Source: Octopus bimaculoides
Taxonomy: Eukaryota
Assembly (NCBI RefSeq): GCF_001194135.2
Contig: NC_068983.1
Location: 44,077,783-44,141,782 of the forward strand
DNA: 64,000 nt
Reading direction: 5' to 3'
Numbering within the stretch: the stretch's first letter is position 1; every line of letters begins with the position of its first letter. Positions 62,597-64,000 of this stretch are shown here, piece after piece. The notes beneath the pieces are model-generated. The model was given only the letters and a program-made list of their open reading frames with translations, had not been told where the DNA came from and did not search any database. The translations under genes were made by a program, and so were the position numbers.

Positions 62597-63181
62597 TATT
62601 TATAAGCATGGCTGTGTGGTTTAGAAGCTTTCTTTGCAACCACATGGTTTTGGGTTCAGTCCCACTGCACAGCAGCTTGGGCAAGTGTCTACTACAACTC
62701 TGGACTGCCTGAAGCCTCGTGAGTGAATTTTGGTAGAGAGAAACAGTGTGGAGGCCAATCGCGTGTGTGTAAAACTGGCACTCCTTTACTTATGATGAGC
62801 GCACCAGTTGATCCACTCAATAGAACCTGCTGGTGAAATTAACATCAAAGTGGCTGAGTACTCCACAGACACGTGTGCCTTTAACGTAGTTCTCAAGGAG
62901 ATTCAAGCAGGACATAGAATGTGACAAGGCGGGCAATTTTGAATTACAGGTACAACTCTTATTTGTCAGCTGAGTGGAGTGGAGCAACGTGAAATAAAAA
63001 AGCTTGCTCGAGGCCACAACATGCCATCAACTATTGAACTCACAACCATATGATCTTGAGCGGAATACCCTAACCACATAATCATGTACCTTCACTGTTT
63101 GTGTGTGTGTGTGTGTGTGAGTGTGTGAGTGAGTGTAATGTCCAAAGCATACCAACATGGGCTGGATGACAACAATGACAA

Positions 63182-63215
<34 letters not shown>

Positions 63216-64000
63216 TATGTACATGCGTTTCCCACCACTGCTAGACAACTGGTGTTGGTTTATTTATGTTTCTGTAACTCAGATCCCATAGTTTATAAAT
63301 AGTTTATTTATGTTCCTGTAACTTAGTAGTTCAGATCCCATAAAAAAATGTGTCCCAAACATGACTGCAGTCCAATGATTGAAACAAGTTAAAAGACAGT
63401 GCAAAGAAAGAAAAAAATAGTGAAATAAAACCAAGATGTTTGAATTAATGAGAGTAATAAACATCTCCAAATGAAAGTCAGAGTTTGCAGCAGCATGATT
63501 GGCTGGTTTCAGGAAGATCGGAATAGAAGTGGTTGTAATAAGAGAAATAACATATAAGAAGTCACAAGGCACTTGAATGGAGACGGCAATTTCATTGCGT
63601 CAATAAGAAAAAAAAGAATATATAAGAGACCTATTTACAAAATATAATGGAGGTGAATGGAAATTAAAAAAAAAAAAATCAATGACTCATGAGTAAAGAC
63701 ACGGATGATTTTTACTGAGTAACACATACAGAAGACATACGACATAGTATGTCATAAGTGTCTGTATATTGTCTTTATTATCATTTTGGTTATAAAATAA
63801 ACAGATTAATCAACAGAGTACAGTGTCTGCAAGTTGATGAGTACCTCATATTCCCCGCCATTTTCTTGTTGCTATATAAATTTAGGGTAAAACCCCCCCT
63901 TTCACCTGCACCCACTTATTGCACTTGGGACAACACTAGTGTAACAATAATTGGGTACCCTCCTAGCAGTATATTGGATAGATATTATCCCTTAGTGGGT

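Overview
AT-rich eukaryotic genomic DNA crowded with SINEs, LINE tails, MITEs and microsatellites. The repeat landscape suggests an octopus (coleoid cephalopod); this is inference from recalled repeat families, not a database match. Two intron-containing genes were rebuilt by hand from splice signals, and they converge tail to tail. (1) Plus strand: a 98-aa RBIS/C8orf59-like ribosome biogenesis factor with three coding exons (3242-3346, 7349-7450, 8752-8841), largely missed by the ORF track. (2) Minus strand: the 3' part of an MPRIP/TRIOBP/outspread-family coiled-coil gene. Twelve exons from 61258 down to the stop at 35295 join in frame into 1840 aa, including a 4197-nt symmetric exon; the N-terminal PH region would lie beyond the right edge. 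Between the genes is a transposon graveyard: nested R4/Dong, RTE and hAT fragments, a triplicated Ty3/Gypsy gag relic, and Penelope remnants with degenerate hammerhead-like motifs. No clearly new biological system was found. The best leads are a possible internal first exon of the MPRIP-like gene, the skippable giant exon, an inverted SINE pair in the likely 3'UTR, the hammerhead-like relics, and a variable-copy hairpin module in the dominant LINE 3' tail.
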